Below are positions 63,351 to 64,000 of a stretch of DNA of 64,000 nucleotides, piece by piece. The notes below the pieces were generated by a model. The model saw only the letters and a program-made list of their open reading frames with translations, searched no databases and was not told where the DNA came from. How positions within the stretch are numbered: position 1 is the first letter of the stretch; every line of letters begins with the position of its first letter. This stretch comes from Catajapyx aquilonaris (lineage: Eukaryota), in assembly GCA_000934665.2 (NCBI GenBank), contig JYFJ02001846.1, positions 1-64,000 of the forward strand. The letters are read 5' to 3'. A program made the position numbers and the translations under genes.

Positions 63351-64000
63351 TCTGTTCATGCCTTCAAGTGCAAGTGGGGCAAATTACAGGTATAATCCAT
63401 CCCAGAGCCTGAACTATACCACAAGGTGACAAATCAGTGAAGAAGAGATCCTTGGGCTACACAAGAAGGGAGGAAGAGAGTTATTTTCACCGAGTGACGG
63501 TTGCTTCCTTGTGTGAGGTGGTAGTTCTGTCACTTCGTCTACACTTAACTCATTCACCTCCTGAAGGAGCGATGTTGCGGGTGCAACAAAAAACCCTTTA
63601 AATAACTGACATTTCGCGCCAGGAATTCCATGTGCCCTAAGAGCTTGTTCATATTCAGTCGTAGGAGCTGCTGCCCTATTATTTAGAGCCTACGCTTTTA
63701 AAATCTCAGCAGCTCCCTTCCGCCAACAACAAACTTACTTCAATACTCTGACAGTTGAGAGAATCCACTGCTACAAGCACCATGGGTGAGAGGACCAGAT
63801 AATGGCGACCAGGGAGGTACAAGAAACTAATGGTGCAGCACTGTCTTTTCTGGACTACACCTAGTCATTGCCGCAATTATCAGGCAAAGCAGAAGGACTT
63901 TTTATCGCCGTTTACGACATTGACTTCTCAGTATTTTCAAAGAGATATCCACGTAATAGCACAATGTTACTTCCATAATAATCGATTTATGAATTTCACA

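Overview
Eukaryotic, probably arthropod, repeat-saturated DNA. The taxon is inferred from short GT-AG introns, a tRNA-derived SINE, a Lep1-like Helitron end and (CCTAA)n. No host gene was recognised. The window is a mosaic of roughly 50 short, mostly decayed transposon fragments: Harbinger, CACTA/EnSpm, hAT, P, Sola1, Merlin, Tc1, pogo/Tigger, ISL2EU, Mutator-like, Transib, piggyBac, Helitron, gypsy and several LINEs/SINEs. About 45 of the ~47 fragments whose orientation I could read lie on the + strand, which resembles a uni-strand (flamenco-like) piRNA cluster or transposon trap. The youngest and oddest insert is a complete 2.85-kb LTR element (20002-22851). It has ~99% identical LTRs, an ATAT target-site duplication (TSD) and a tRNA-Leu primer-binding site (PBS), but no recognisable gag, RT or integrase. 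It carries stop/start-overlapping small ORFs and a stand-alone retropepsin with a SIM-like tail. Five TSD-flanked retroposon insertions were resolved by eye. All family assignments come from motif recognition, not database searches, and fragment boundaries are approximate unless TSDs or terminal inverted repeats (TIRs) are quoted.
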